From contig OX597836.1 of the NCBI GenBank assembly GCA_951406725.2, forward strand, positions 39,742,001-39,806,000: a stretch of DNA of 64,000 bases, read 5' to 3'. The position numbers were made by a program, and so were the translations under genes. Under the pieces are notes generated by a model. That model worked only from the letters and a program-made list of their open reading frames with translations. It searched no databases and was not told the origin of the DNA. This DNA comes from Octopus vulgaris. Taxonomy: Eukaryota. Below are positions 30,531 to 44,292 of this stretch, one piece after another (position 1 is the first letter of the stretch; each line of letters starts with the position of its first letter).

Positions 30531-31245
30531 AAAAAATGAAGTTCGAAAATGCTGCTGTATTATACAATTTTTAATTTTTATATATACATTATAACATGTT
30601 TCAGTTCCTGAAATGAACCTTATCAAAAAAAGTTATATATAAAAAAAGACAGCTCATGCCGTCAAACACAAGAAATTCATTTATAATACACAACGGAGTC
30701 AGACATCTTAGAGTTCATGTATAATTGATATATAGTTCATGTATAGTTGATATATAGTTTGAAGTATATGTTCAAAGTGTTCCACCCAGAGAACCACCCA
30801 GCGAACATCCACCATGGGTCATCACAATTGCTTAAGGTAAAAATGAATTCCTCGCTCTTTCGGAAACATCAATCTTCTGTATTGACCGCTTTCCACCACT
30901 TTGATCTGTTTTTTGTATTGAATACGTATCGCCACCGTGGGCCACTGCATCGAACACTTTGAACATATACTTCAAACTATATATCAACTATACATGAACT
31001 ATATATCAACTATACATGAACTCTAAGATGTCTGACTCCGTTGTGTATTATAAATGAATTTCTTGTGTTTGACGGCATGAGCTGTCTTTTTTTATATATA
31101 ACTTTTTTTGATAAGGTTCATTTCAGGAACTGAAACATGTTATAATGTATATATAAAAATTAAAAATTGTATAATACAGCAGCATTTTCGAACTTCATTT
31201 TTTACAAATATATACCTACTCGTATACGAGCTAATCCTATTATAA
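30520..31245. mobile_element. (TA)n-embedded Penelope-like remnant with ~260-bp near-perfect inverted arms
   Basis: Arms ~30520-30781 and 30953-31213 with a 171-bp spacer; each arm carries a hammerhead-like core TTGATAA-ggttc..gaact-GAAACATGT. Confidence 0.7.
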
Positions 31246-31264
31246 ATATATATATATATATACA

Positions 31265-31492
31265 CTTTTACTCTTTTACTTGTTTCAGTCATTTGACTGC
31301 GGCCATGCTGGAGCACCGCCTTTAGTCGAGCAAATCGACCCCGGGACTTATTCTTTGTAAGCCCAGTACTTATTCTATCGGTCTCTTTTGCCGAACCGCT
31401 AAGTGACGGAGACGTAAACACACCAGCAGTGGGACTGAACCCGGAACCATGTGGTTGGTTAGCAAGTTACTTACCACAGCCACTCCGGCGCC

Positions 31493-31493
<1 letters not shown>
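31265..31493 (-). mobile_element. SINE family B with internal deletion
   Basis: Head joined directly to the 3' half at cacaccagca|gtgggactg. Confidence 0.88.
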
Positions 31494-31537
<44 letters not shown>

Positions 31538-31539
31538 AT

Positions 31540-31730
31540 AGGGAGAGTTTACGAAGACAGGTGGTGTACAAAACAAACAGATGTATTAGTATAACGCTCA
31601 GGAATAGAAAAAGTCTTTTACGTTTCGAGCCTACGCTCTTCTACAGAAAGGGACACAGAAAAAATAAGGAGAGAAACAAGGAGAGAAAAAAATTGTGTGT
31701 AGTGGCTAACGATTTATCATGGCGTCCATG
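31540..31730 (-). mobile_element. (TA)n-embedded repeat with hammerhead-like motif at 31613-31654 (family also at ~20095-20300 and 42421-42533)
   Basis: Shared gatgtattagtataacgctcagga.tagaaaaagtcttttacgtttcgagcctac; minus strand gtccctttCTGTAGAagagcgtaggctcGAAACGTA^aaagac. Confidence 0.7.
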
Positions 31731-31779
<49 letters not shown>

Positions 31780-31783
<4 letters not shown>

Positions 31784-32039
31784 TGTACTCTCTTGTTAGA
31801 CGACGTATGAGTGTTCGGCAATTTCATGCCGAGCAACCACACATGATTTGTTTATAGTGAATCGACATTACCTGCACAGGTGACCCATGTGCCACACGTC
31901 AGATGACGAAATGATCGAAGAGCAACGTAAAATGAAGTGCTTTGCTCAAGAACACAACGCAACGCCCGGTCTAGTAACCGAACTCACTATCTCGCAATCG
32001 TGAGTGCAACACCCTAACCAGTAAGCCATGTGCTTTCAC
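31780..32039 (-). mobile_element. SINE family D, diverged, different tail
   Basis: Head plus CORE-like gtgttcttgagcaaagcacttcattttacgttgctc. Confidence 0.7.
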
Positions 32040-32049
32040 AATATATAAA

Positions 32050-32290
32050 GTTGTCATAGCGATACATGCAAAGTTGCAGAAAGTGGTATGGAGAGGAGCG
32101 TATGAGCCGCACATAAGTGTACAAGTGGTTCAGATGTTTTTTTAAGATGGCCGAAAAAATGTCGATAGTGACGAATGTCCTTGGAGACCCGCAACCAGTA
32201 GAAATGAGAAAAAACATCGCAGATATGCGTGCAGCTGTGAGGGGAAATCGACGAATCACTATCCGTGAGTTATCAGAGGATATGCAGATT
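32050..32290 (+). pseudogene. Mariner-type transposase N-terminal (HTH) fragment
   Basis: Frameshifted translation YGEERMSRT*VYKWFR, RPATSRNEK and NIADMRAAVRGNRRITIRELSEDMQI; truncated by a SINE A. Confidence 0.8.
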
Positions 32291-32622
32291 AAGGTGGCGA
32301 GCTGGCAGAAACGTTAGCACGCCGGGCGAAATGCTTAGTGGTATTTCGTCTGCGTTACGTTGTGAGTTCAAATTCCGCCGAGGTCGACTTTGCCTTTCAT
32401 CCTTTCGGGGTCGATAAATTAAGTACCAATTACGCATTTGTAATCAACTTAATCCCTTTGTCTGTCCTTGTTTGTCCCCTCTATGTTTAGCCACTTGTGG
32501 GCAATAAAGAAATAAGAAACGTTAGCACGCCGAGTGAAATGCGTAGACGTATTTCGTCTGCTGCTACGTTCTGAGTTCAAATTCCACCGACGTCGACTTT
32601 ACCTTTCATCCTTTCGGGGTCG
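32291..32622 (+). mobile_element. SINE family A, about 1.5 units
   Basis: Head plus one unit, then a restart at gaaacgttagcac. Confidence 0.9.
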
Positions 32623-33324
32623 AGTTATAAATGGTGCTAAAATTTCTTAAGACGTATATCAAAATAAAACAGAAACATTAGTGAAGGAAACAGCATTTAT
32701 ACCGAATGGTAATCTTGATATCCAACTTAACGTGGGTTTATTGTGAGAATTCTGATTACTGCAGTATTCACCCTGAGAGGTCCTTTCGTATACACATAGA
32801 ACGCTAAGAGCGCAGACATAATTCATATCAGAAGATAAACATATATTATAAACACTGGATGTGATTACGTTTCTTCTACTCGGATGTAAGTGAAATGTAA
32901 GCAGGTTAATCTTCAACCGGAAAACATATATAAAATATTTTCACTTGAACTAGATTGTATACATCTGTGTGATTGAATTCCTGTAGAACGATGTGTGAAT
33001 ATTAATTTGAAATATCTATGAATTCTCGTATCTTCTTCGTAACAGTAGTTAACCTACAACAAATCATAGGCAAATTCGGATTTAGCCTAGGCTTGGAACA
33101 TTTTTCAAATCATAACAAGAATTCCTTTTAATGTAGATGTCTACCACGGAATGCTACATAGACAAAAGCTCCGAATTTATAGATGTTTTCACTTAATATT
33201 TAATCACTGTGCTTAATGAATTCCGTGTGACGGGTATATACAACTTACAACAAACACAATATCTGTTGTTTGTTCTCCAGCTGAAGAAGGTTCTTGTGTT
33301 AAGGACAACGAAAACTCCACTTCC

Positions 33325-33742
33325 TTATTTCTATATTGCCCTCAAGGGGCCAAACATAGAGGGGACAAACAACGACAGACAAAGGGATTAAGTCGATTAC
33401 ATCGACCCCAATGCGTAACTTGTACTTAATTTATCGAACCCGAAAGAATGAAAGGCAAAGTCGACCTCGGTTGTTATTTGAACTCAGAACGTAACGGTAG
33501 AAGAAATACCTATTTCTTTATTACCCACGAGGGGCTAAACACAGAGGGGACAAACAAGGACAGACATAGGTATTAAGTCGATTACATCGACCCCAGTGCG
33601 TAACTGGTACTTAATTTATCGACCCCGAAAGGATGAAAGGCAAAGTGGACCTCGGCGGAATTTGAACTCACAACGTAACGCAGACCAAATACTGCTAAGC
33701 ATTTCGCTCGGCGTGCTAACGTTTCTACTAGCTTGCCGCCTT
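33325..33742 (-). mobile_element. SINE family A dimer
   Basis: TSD aaaactccacttc at 33311-33323 and 33743-33755. Confidence 0.92.
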
Positions 33743-34304
33743 AAAACTCCACTTCATTGTCCCTTTTTAGCTGAAACCTCAAAGACTAGGGTATCGCTCC
33801 GCCCCGTATAACCTGGAGTATTCTCGACTAAACCTTCTCCAATTTCCGAGGAGCGCACACCTGCTCCTTACTTTTTGCGGGAAATTGAACAGTTTTTGAG
33901 AATCAGATGTATCCTTTAACACACACACACATACGCACAAAAAGGAAAAAAAAAAACCTGTCGTTTTATTGTCACAAAGGGGTTCCATACTAACTTTAAA
34001 CTATTAACTGTTAATACCATCTCATACGTTTCACTCTACAGCGTAGTGCATTCTTCATAAGTTTTGAACTTTTTACCGGCAACTACAGAACTATGTCTAG
34101 GTTATTAGCTGTCAATAGCTTCCATAAGCCTAAACCTCTCATAATCCTCAATAATCTTTATTCCCAATACAGGAATCTCTAACCAGAACAAAAAGAGACT
34201 ACTTATGCTCAAAATCCATTAGTCCCCCGTCACCAATCCGACAACTAATGAGTAACAACCCTATCTAGAAGAACTCAACAGCCACCATCGGCTAACAGCC
34301 GACA

Positions 34305-34720
34305 CCTATTTCTTTACTACCCACAAGGGGCTAAACACAGAGGGGACAAACAAGGACAGACAAACGGATAAAGTCGATTACATCGACCCCAGTGCGTAAC
34401 TGGTACTTAATTTATCGACCCCGAAAGGATGAAAGGCAAAGTCGACCTCGGCGGAATTTGAACTCAGAACGTAACGGCAGACGAAATACCTATTTCTTTA
34501 CTACCCACAAGGGGCTAAACACAGAGAGGACAAACAAGGACAGACAAACGGATAAAGTCGATTATATCGACCCCAGTGCGTAACTGGTACTTAATTTATC
34601 GACCCCGAAAGGATGAAAGGCAAAGTCGACCTCAGCGGAATTTGAACTCAGAACGTAACGACAGACGATATACGACTACGCATTTCGTCCGGCGTGCTAA
34701 CGTTTCTGCCAGCTCGCCGG
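34305..34720 (-). mobile_element. SINE family A dimer
   Basis: Two near-identical units plus head. Confidence 0.92.
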
Positions 34721-34936
34721 CGACCTACTCCACTACGTGATGTGAACCAGACAATGAGAACGAGACAGCTACCCTTACTTAGAAGCAGTGAAATTTCTGT
34801 TAATGTTTGAGATGCAGAAATCAGGATGTTTTCTCGTTTCTGTGAAACCTTCAGCTCTGTAATTCTAAGCCACTCAGACACCCAAATAAACATAAACTCT
34901 TAGAAATGTGTTGAATATTCTTTCCTTTCGTAAACT

Positions 34937-35018
<82 letters not shown>

Positions 35019-35085
35019 GTCCATTTATTTTTACCTATCTGTCTACCTGTCTGTCTCTCTGTCTGTCTGTCTGCCTCTATGTCTG

Positions 35086-35161
<76 letters not shown>

Positions 35162-35162
<1 letters not shown>

Positions 35163-35466
35163 AAGGTTACCGTGGTCTTTTTCGTAGGCTTTTCTTCCCA
35201 CGGATAAACCTTACTTGCTTTCCCCTTTACACCATACATCATGACACTGTAATACACGATCCCGATTGATCGTTTTTTTCCCTCTTCCCCTTTTTTTCCT
35301 CTTTTTTCTTCTTTTTTCATTTTTCTTTCCTTTTTTTCCCTTTTACGATCCCTTTTAATCGAAAACCGACGCCACCTTTTTTTTTTTTTTTTTCATCCCC
35401 CAAAAGAAAAGCTCTACCTTGTAACTTGTCCCATCTGTGTGCAGCCCTGTGTGGCCAATAAAGAAA
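35162..35466 (+). mobile_element. Probable LINE 3' UTR fragment in (TATC)n; terminal ~50 bp shared with the SINE A tail
   Basis: Ends ccttgtaacttgtcccatctgtgtgcagccctgtgtggccaataaagaaa, versus SINE A ccttgtttgtcccctctatgtttagccccttgtgggcaataaagaaa. Confidence 0.6.
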
Positions 35467-35467
35467 C

Positions 35468-35542
<75 letters not shown>

Positions 35543-36401
35543 CCGAAATTTGAAGTTCCTGCTTTACCCATGTTGTATTCCTGTTAATTCCTTATATTTC
35601 AGTACGTTTGTTAAATGCTAATTACTGTGCTATTAATCTTTCTAATCTTTCTTCTAATTTCGTTCTTGCATCATCCATCCTTTTTGCCTCCCTTCATAAA
35701 ACCCTTATTGAATTATAAGTCAATTGAAAGTTTAATACGATCATCTTTCTGCCTAATTATCCTATTTCCTCTCTTCTTCTCTTACTACTCTCTCTTCCCC
35801 TTTCTTTCAACCACACATTTTACTAACCTATTTGCTTCTAGTTATTCTAAATATTGAAACGTTACGCTGTCAGGCATTTTGGTTTTTGCTTGAAACGTTA
35901 GTACTCATGTCTTTCTACGCCTTACAAGCTTGTTCAAATTTCTTACCTGAATTACTTCTTTGCTTCTTAGCAGCTGTTAAAATTCCGTTCCATATTTTCT
36001 TAACACACACTGGCTAATGCCTCTCGTCTGCTTTTACTATGACGTCACAATATGATAACCTACGTCACGTGTGTGTTTACTCTTGTTAAGTTTTCTGATT
36101 TTCGGTTGACAATCGAATTTCTTTATGTATTTATCTCTAGAAATAGCAGCTAAATCTCCTTCAAACAACGTAAATATATGAAAGGAAATATTGGAAACTG
36201 TAGTCCTGAATACGTACACCACATTTGTGAAAATAAAAGAGGGAAAGAAAAGAAACTGAATGCATATATTTGGAATATATTTCAATCAAAGGACTTCTCA
36301 GTAAAGGTAAGTCTGAGACTAAGCAACAACAACAAGTAACAGTTGTTGCTTTTGTTATTAGCGGTGTTTAATCTTGGTAGAATATAAACAATAAACGTCG
36401 C

Positions 36402-36511
36402 CCTTTTCAAGCCTAGCCAGGCTCATGAGCCCAGTTTCCCGGTTTCTGTGGCGTATGTGTTCCCTCCAGCTGGACGGGACGCCAGTCCATCGCAGCGTTA
36501 CTCAAGAAACA

Positions 36512-36566
<55 letters not shown>

Positions 36567-36736
36567 TCGTGGCGAAAGATTACAACAGGGGTCGCCACCA
36601 AACCCCTGCCGGAGCCTCGTGGAGCTTTCAGGTATTGTCGCTCAATAAACACACACAGCGCCCGGTCTGGGAATCGAAACCACGATCCACCGACCGCGAG
36701 TCCGATGCCATAACCACTGGGCCATTGCGCTTCCAC
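36402..36736 (-). mobile_element. SINE family C with internal (TC)n and V-like domain
   Basis: Reverse complement of the 61833-62118 type; flanking direct repeat tagaatataa. Confidence 0.88.
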
Positions 36737-37181
36737 TGATAGAATATAACCTTGATCAAAATGACGTTCCAACCGTGAACACCCTGTCTGTTATTCAGAC
36801 ATAATTATCTTTACTTCAAGAGTTCATATTTGGCTTCGAAATAGAGCTCGTTTTATTAGTTTCTATTTAGTGTCTATACTTTTGGTTACAATAGTTAGTA
36901 CAATAGTTGGTACCAAAGAAATTATTAAGTATTGGCGACTGCAATAGTCATTGAAAGCTAAAGTAGAAAGTATCGGTAACTATTCCAGTAACTGGTATCT
37001 ATAATAGTATTTGTGACTAACGTAGTTATAGTTGTTATAATACTAGGTGGAGAAAAAAGAACGTGCGTCGTGTGTTAAAATAACGAACTGAATGAACACA
37101 CACCACAAAAATATAGTTTAAAAAAGCATTATTTTTATACGACGAACGAACTTTTTCCTCAGCATAATACTTCTAGAAGAA

Positions 37182-38529
37182 AAGGCAGCGAGCTGGCAGA
37201 AACGTTAGCACGCAGGGCGAAATGCTTAGCGGTATTTCGTCTGCCGCTACGTTCTGAGTTCAAATTCCACCGAGGTCGACTTTGCCTTTCGTCCTTTCGG
37301 GGTCGATTAAATAAGTACCAGTTACGTACTGGGGTCGATATAATCAACTTAATCCGTTTGTCTCTCCTTGTTTGTCCTTTCTGTGTTTAGCCCCTTGTGG
37401 GTAGTAAAGAAATATGTATTTCGTCTGCCGCTAACGTTCTGAGTTCAAATTCCGTCGAGGTCGACTTTGCCTTTCATCCTTTCGGGGTCGATAAATTAAG
37501 TACCAGTTACGCACTGGGGTCGATATTATCGGCTTAATCCGTTTGTCTGTCCTTGTTTGTCCCACTCTGTGTTTGGCCCCCTCTCTCCCAAATTTCAGGC
37601 CGTGTTCTTATAGTAGAATGGATTATTCAGTGGTATTCATAGCCAACATCATCACCTGGTCGAGCTTGTTCGGATATTTTTAACCCGCACGCACCACCCA
37701 TCTCGGTTCTGCATCAACTGGGGACGATCTTCAGGGAAGCATCCAGTGTCTCTGGTGAGTCGATCTACATACGTTGTTTTCGGACGGCCTTGTTTTGGCT
37801 CCAGAACGGCTATTTTTTTTGCATCAATTGTAGTAGGTCACTCGCCAACTTGCCAGCTCTTGTTTAGCCCCGTCTACATCATTTATAGTACCTAAGGCAG
37901 TGAGCTGGCAGAATCGTTAGCACGCCGGGCGAAATGCGTAGCCGTATTTCGTCTGCCGTTACGTTCTGAGTTCAAATTCTGGGGTCGATAAATTAAGTAC
38001 CAGTTACGCACTGGGGTCGATGTAATCGACTTAATCCCTTTGTCTGTCCTTGTTTGTCCCCTGTGGGCAATAAAGAAATAAGAATCGTTAGCACACTGGA
38101 CAAAATGATCCGTCTTTACGTTCTGTGTTCAAACGTCACCGAGGTCGACTTTGCTGTTGGTCCTTTCGGGGATCGATAAAATAAGTACCAGTTGAGTACC
38201 GGGGTCGATGTAATCGATTTTCTTCTCCCTCGAAATTGCTGGACCTATACAAAAATGTGGAACCAATATTTATAGTACCTTAGTAATTATAGAACCTATT
38301 TCTTTACTACCCACAAGGGGCTAAACACAGAGAGGACAAACAAGGATAGGCAAACGGATTAAGTCGATTATATCGACCCTAGTGCGAAACTGGTACTTAT
38401 TTAATTGACTCCAAAAGGATGAAAGGCAAAGTCGACCTCGACGGAATTTGAACTCAGAACATAGCGGCAGACGAAATACGGCTACGCATTTCGTCCGGCG
38501 TGCTAACGATTCTGCCAGCTCGCCGCCTT
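37182..38529. mobile_element. SINE family A cluster: 37182-37627 (+), 37894-38270 (+), 38295-38529 (-)
   Basis: Family A motifs; the last copy has TSD ccttagtaattatag (38279-38293, 38526-38540). Confidence 0.88.
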
Positions 38530-38739
38530 AGTAATTATAGTACCTTAGTATTAATAACGATAAAGGATACTTGAGGCTGTAATGATTATATTATTGGTTT
38601 ATTATATTATATACTAGTATCTAAATGGTTTGGTCACTAATAGTTTATAGTGGTTATTATATTAGTTCTGAACGCTTAAATTATTTCAAGTCATAATATA
38701 AGGACATCTCTGGCCATTTCGATTTTCTATCCTGATTAT

Positions 38740-40020
<1,281 letters not shown>

Positions 40021-40416
40021 GAAGAATTGGGAAATGGTAGCTGCATGTGATAAATAATTGGATATTATCTAATATACGATGTGGACTTTAATCATGGGCC
40101 ATTTATAGTGTTGTAATGACTTTCGTGTCTCCAGGGTATAAATACACACACAGACACATACGTACATAGATACCTACAACCATGCATATATACTTACATG
40201 TACACACACATACATATACATATGCATACAGATATATACAAATATGCATGTATAAGTGTATGTATACATATATATTTATATACACACACACATATATATA
40301 CATACACATACACACACACACATATATGTATATATGTATATATATATAAGCATATATATACATACATACATATATATATATATGTATATGTATATGTATA
40401 TATATGTATATATATT

Positions 40417-40497
<81 letters not shown>

Positions 40498-40498
<1 letters not shown>

Positions 40499-40711
40499 AA
40501 ACGTTAGCGCGCCGGGCTAAATGCTTAGCGGTATTTCGTTTGCCGTTACGTTCTGAGTTCAAATTCCGCCAAGGTCGAGTTTGCCTTTCATCCTTTCGGG
40601 GTCGATAAATAAATCACCAGTTACGCACTGGGATCGATGTAATCGGATTAATCCGTTTGTCTGTCCTTGTTTGTCCCCTCTATGTTTAGCCCCTTGTGGG
40701 CAATAAAGAAA
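40498..40711 (+). mobile_element. SINE family A monomer in (TA)n
   Basis: Slightly 5'-truncated head plus unit. Confidence 0.9.
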
Positions 40712-40735
40712 TATATATATATAAATATATATATG

Positions 40736-40821
<86 letters not shown>

Positions 40822-40854
40822 ACCAAAGGGGTACGGGCGACGCTATATATATAT

Positions 40855-41152
40855 ATATGTAAAAAAATACAAACATTCGAAGCCTTCAATCTTCAGTCAA
40901 GAACCGGATCATCCTTGCAATTTCGGCTGATTAATCTTGAGATTGCTCCGATCTGGCCAGCCCCAAAGGAAATTTAAGCCAAGCGCATTAGATTCCTTGG
41001 AAGAAGGCCTCGAATGTATACAAAACAAGGACGGAAAAACGGACGATCTTCTTGACTGAAGATTGAAGGCTTCGAATGTCCTGTCCGTGTTTTTTGTATC
41101 GCATTCTAAATGTTTTGCGTTCTTGTCCCAGTTTGTATTTTTTTACATATAT
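40855..41152. mobile_element. (TA)n-embedded repeat with internal inversion
   Basis: 40855-40874 is inverted at 41131-41150, and 40873-40903 is inverted at 41049-41079. Confidence 0.7.
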
Positions 41153-41189
41153 ATATAGAGAGAGACACACACATACATGTATATATAAT

Positions 41190-41500
41190 ACTACTGGTAC
41201 CCTGTCGGTTATGACGACGAGGGTTCCAGTTGATATGATCAACGGAACAGCCTGCTCGTGAAATTAACGTACAAGCGGTTGAGCACTCCACAGACACATG
41301 TACTCTTAACGTAGTTCTCAGGGAGATTCAGCGTGACACAGGATGTGAGAGGCCTGGCCCTTACAAATACAGGTAATGCATATTTTTTTGCCGGCTGGGA
41401 AGAGTGGAGCAACGTGAAATAAAGTGTCTTTCTCAAGGACACATCGATTCGCCGGGAATTGAACTCATCACCTTACGATTCTCCCTAAGCTACCCTCCTT
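41190..41500 (-). mobile_element. SINE family D with tail type 2
   Basis: CORE-like gtgtccttgagaaagacactttatttcacgttgctcc followed by the tail shared with 53275-53455. Confidence 0.8.
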
Positions 41501-41534
<34 letters not shown>

Positions 41535-41538
<4 letters not shown>

Positions 41539-41840
41539 ATAAATATTAGGGAATAAATCCAAATTTACAGGGAAAAAAATCAGATTTAGGATTAAATCCA
41601 ATTTTATAGTAAAATATTATAAAATATTATTAGAGACAAAACCACTATTTTGCAAAACAAACAAGGAAAAGACTTTATAATTTGAAACTGAATTATTGAA
41701 GTCCACCTGAAGATTGGCGATCAAGACAAGAAACGATTGTAGTGGCGGTTTTTTTGACTATTTATTAAAATTTTACGTATTGATTAAGTCTTTCCTTGTT
41801 TGTTTTGCAAAATAGTGGTTTTGTCTCTAATAATATTATA
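41535..41840 (+). mobile_element. (TA)n-embedded Penelope-like remnant: inverted segment plus hammerhead-bearing direct segment
   Basis: ~41623-41675 is inverted at ~41786-41838; hammerhead at 41703-41745. Confidence 0.75.
41703..41745 (+). ncRNA. Minimal type I hammerhead ribozyme motif, canonical core
   Basis: ccac-CTGAAGA-ttg(gcgatcaaga)caa-GAAAC-gatt-GTA^-gtgg. Confidence 0.75.
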
Positions 41841-42164
41841 TATATATATATATACAAAGTTATAAAGGCGGTAAGCTGGCGTGTAGCACCATTTTCCTTA
41901 TTTAACGTTCTGGGATCAAATGCCATTGACATTGACCTTGCATGCCATCCTTTCGGGGTCGGTAAAATACATATCAGTTGAGTCGACGTTATCGAGTTCC
42001 CCTTCCCCTCAAGAAAAGTTGATTGCTCCCTGTGAAAAATTAGCATATACATACATACATACATACACACACACTCACACATATATATATCGAACCTATA
42101 ATGACTACTGGAGACACCTGCAACTCAAATCTACTGCGATCAAAAATATGTAATGACCATATAC

Positions 42165-42228
<64 letters not shown>

Positions 42229-42285
42229 GTCTGTGTGTCTGTCTGTCTGTGTGTCTGTCTGTCTGTCTGCCTCTCTCTCTCTCTC

Positions 42286-42425
<140 letters not shown>

Positions 42426-42530
42426 GAGTTTACGAAATAAGCAAAGCAAACGAAGACAGGTGGTGTACAAAACAAACAGATGTATTAGTATAACGCTCAG
42501 GAGTAGAAAAAGTCTTTTACGTTTCGAGCC

Positions 42531-42599
<69 letters not shown>

Positions 42600-43113
42600 G
42601 TAACGAGCCCCTTATCCGACTTCTAAAAAATCCTGGAATACTGTGCAATAAAGTGCAATATATTGTACCCTGAATTGAGCAAACAGACACTGTTTTTGAA
42701 GTTGGTTAATTTGCGTACGTTATGCTAAGAATAGCTCTTTAAGTGGATTGATAAATATTGGAAAAGTAGATTGATAGCGGCTATTCTACTTAAGTGTTTA
42801 ATTAATGTTTTTTAAATATAACTATGTTCATTATTTTTCTTCATTTTCATTCTGTAAATATTTTCCTGTATACATGGCATAATATAATATGTAATAAGAA
42901 TTTTTAGTGGATTATAGATGTCAAAAATTTGTAACAGCTACGTCTAATTTACTTCTAAACTTTTCATAGTATAGTTTATATTTTATGTAGATATTTAGGC
43001 TGTCTCCAGAAAACTAGAAATCCTGAAATACTGATGACTTCTCATCCCAAACGTAATGGGAGATTTGGCCCGATACAGAGTAAACATATATATATACATA
43101 TAAAGAAAAAATG

Positions 43114-43543
43114 CTAGCACTATGACCCGGCGTTGCCGGGTTATAGTGCTAGTGCATGCATATACAGCTGCGTGCGCGCGCACATACACGCGAGTACTGT
43201 CCAAATCTCCGACTAATCACATACAGCTAGGTGGCATTCAATTGGCGTATCAAGTTTCGGACATTTTGATTGGGTTTTGGATAGAAAATTCACAAAAAAG
43301 TCACTTCTATTGATTTTTCAATGGCTTTGGTGGGTGACTGGGGAAATGTAAAGATGTGCACGACCACCCTTGGACGGTTTTGAATGACCATAGAAAGTGC
43401 GAGCCCTCTAACTGAAAAATTGTGAATTTGTTTAAAGGACACGCACAAACACACACACACATACACACGCACACACACATACACACGCACACACACATAC
43501 ACACGCACACACACAGACATTTTGCCGTTTATAGAGAGAGAGA
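43114..43543 (-). mobile_element. Non-autonomous Helitron
   Basis: Minus strand starts A|TC, has an internal (TG)n and ends with hairpin cccggcaacgccggg then CTAG; second copy at 56724. Confidence 0.8.
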
Positions 43544-44012
43544 TACATTAGGTACATGACATCACCAACAAGCGAAAATTACGTAAACACTCGAGAGATA
43601 AGTCCAGGACAAAACCCCAAAACAAACCCACAAAATACACAATAAGTACTGGACATCACCAACGAGTGAAAAATAGTAAATACACGAGAGATAAGTACAA
43701 GACAAAATACAAAGAGAAGATAACTCCTCGTCAGTTGTCGACTGTTTTATTACTCCCCGTTTCGCGCTTTCAACGACAAGATAGGTAAACTTCATATGAC
43801 AGCAGCATCCAGAAATTTTAAAAATATAAAATTTGTGGGGAGTTAGGGCTACGAAGGAACAAACAACAACACAGTGGACGTACAGAGTAAACAATCGATG
43901 AAGACAAACATTAAGGGCCGTTAGACCAAGGCAAATTGTAATGGGTAGCGCCTGGGAAAAATTTTGAATAGATATAGAATAAGTAGAAGCGAAAAAATGT
44001 CGAGAGGCATTG

Positions 44013-44249
<237 letters not shown>

Positions 44250-44292
44250 GAGTACAGGCTGAAGTAAACCATTTTCAAACTGAGTTGCCGAG

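Noticed and set aside
33275-33325. CTGAAGA...GAAA hammerhead candidate
   Set aside because: No stem III, cleavage triplet or stem I partner.
43710-43790. Minus-strand GAAAC...GTC...CTGACGA arrangement
   Set aside because: Could not close the stems in any hammerhead topology.
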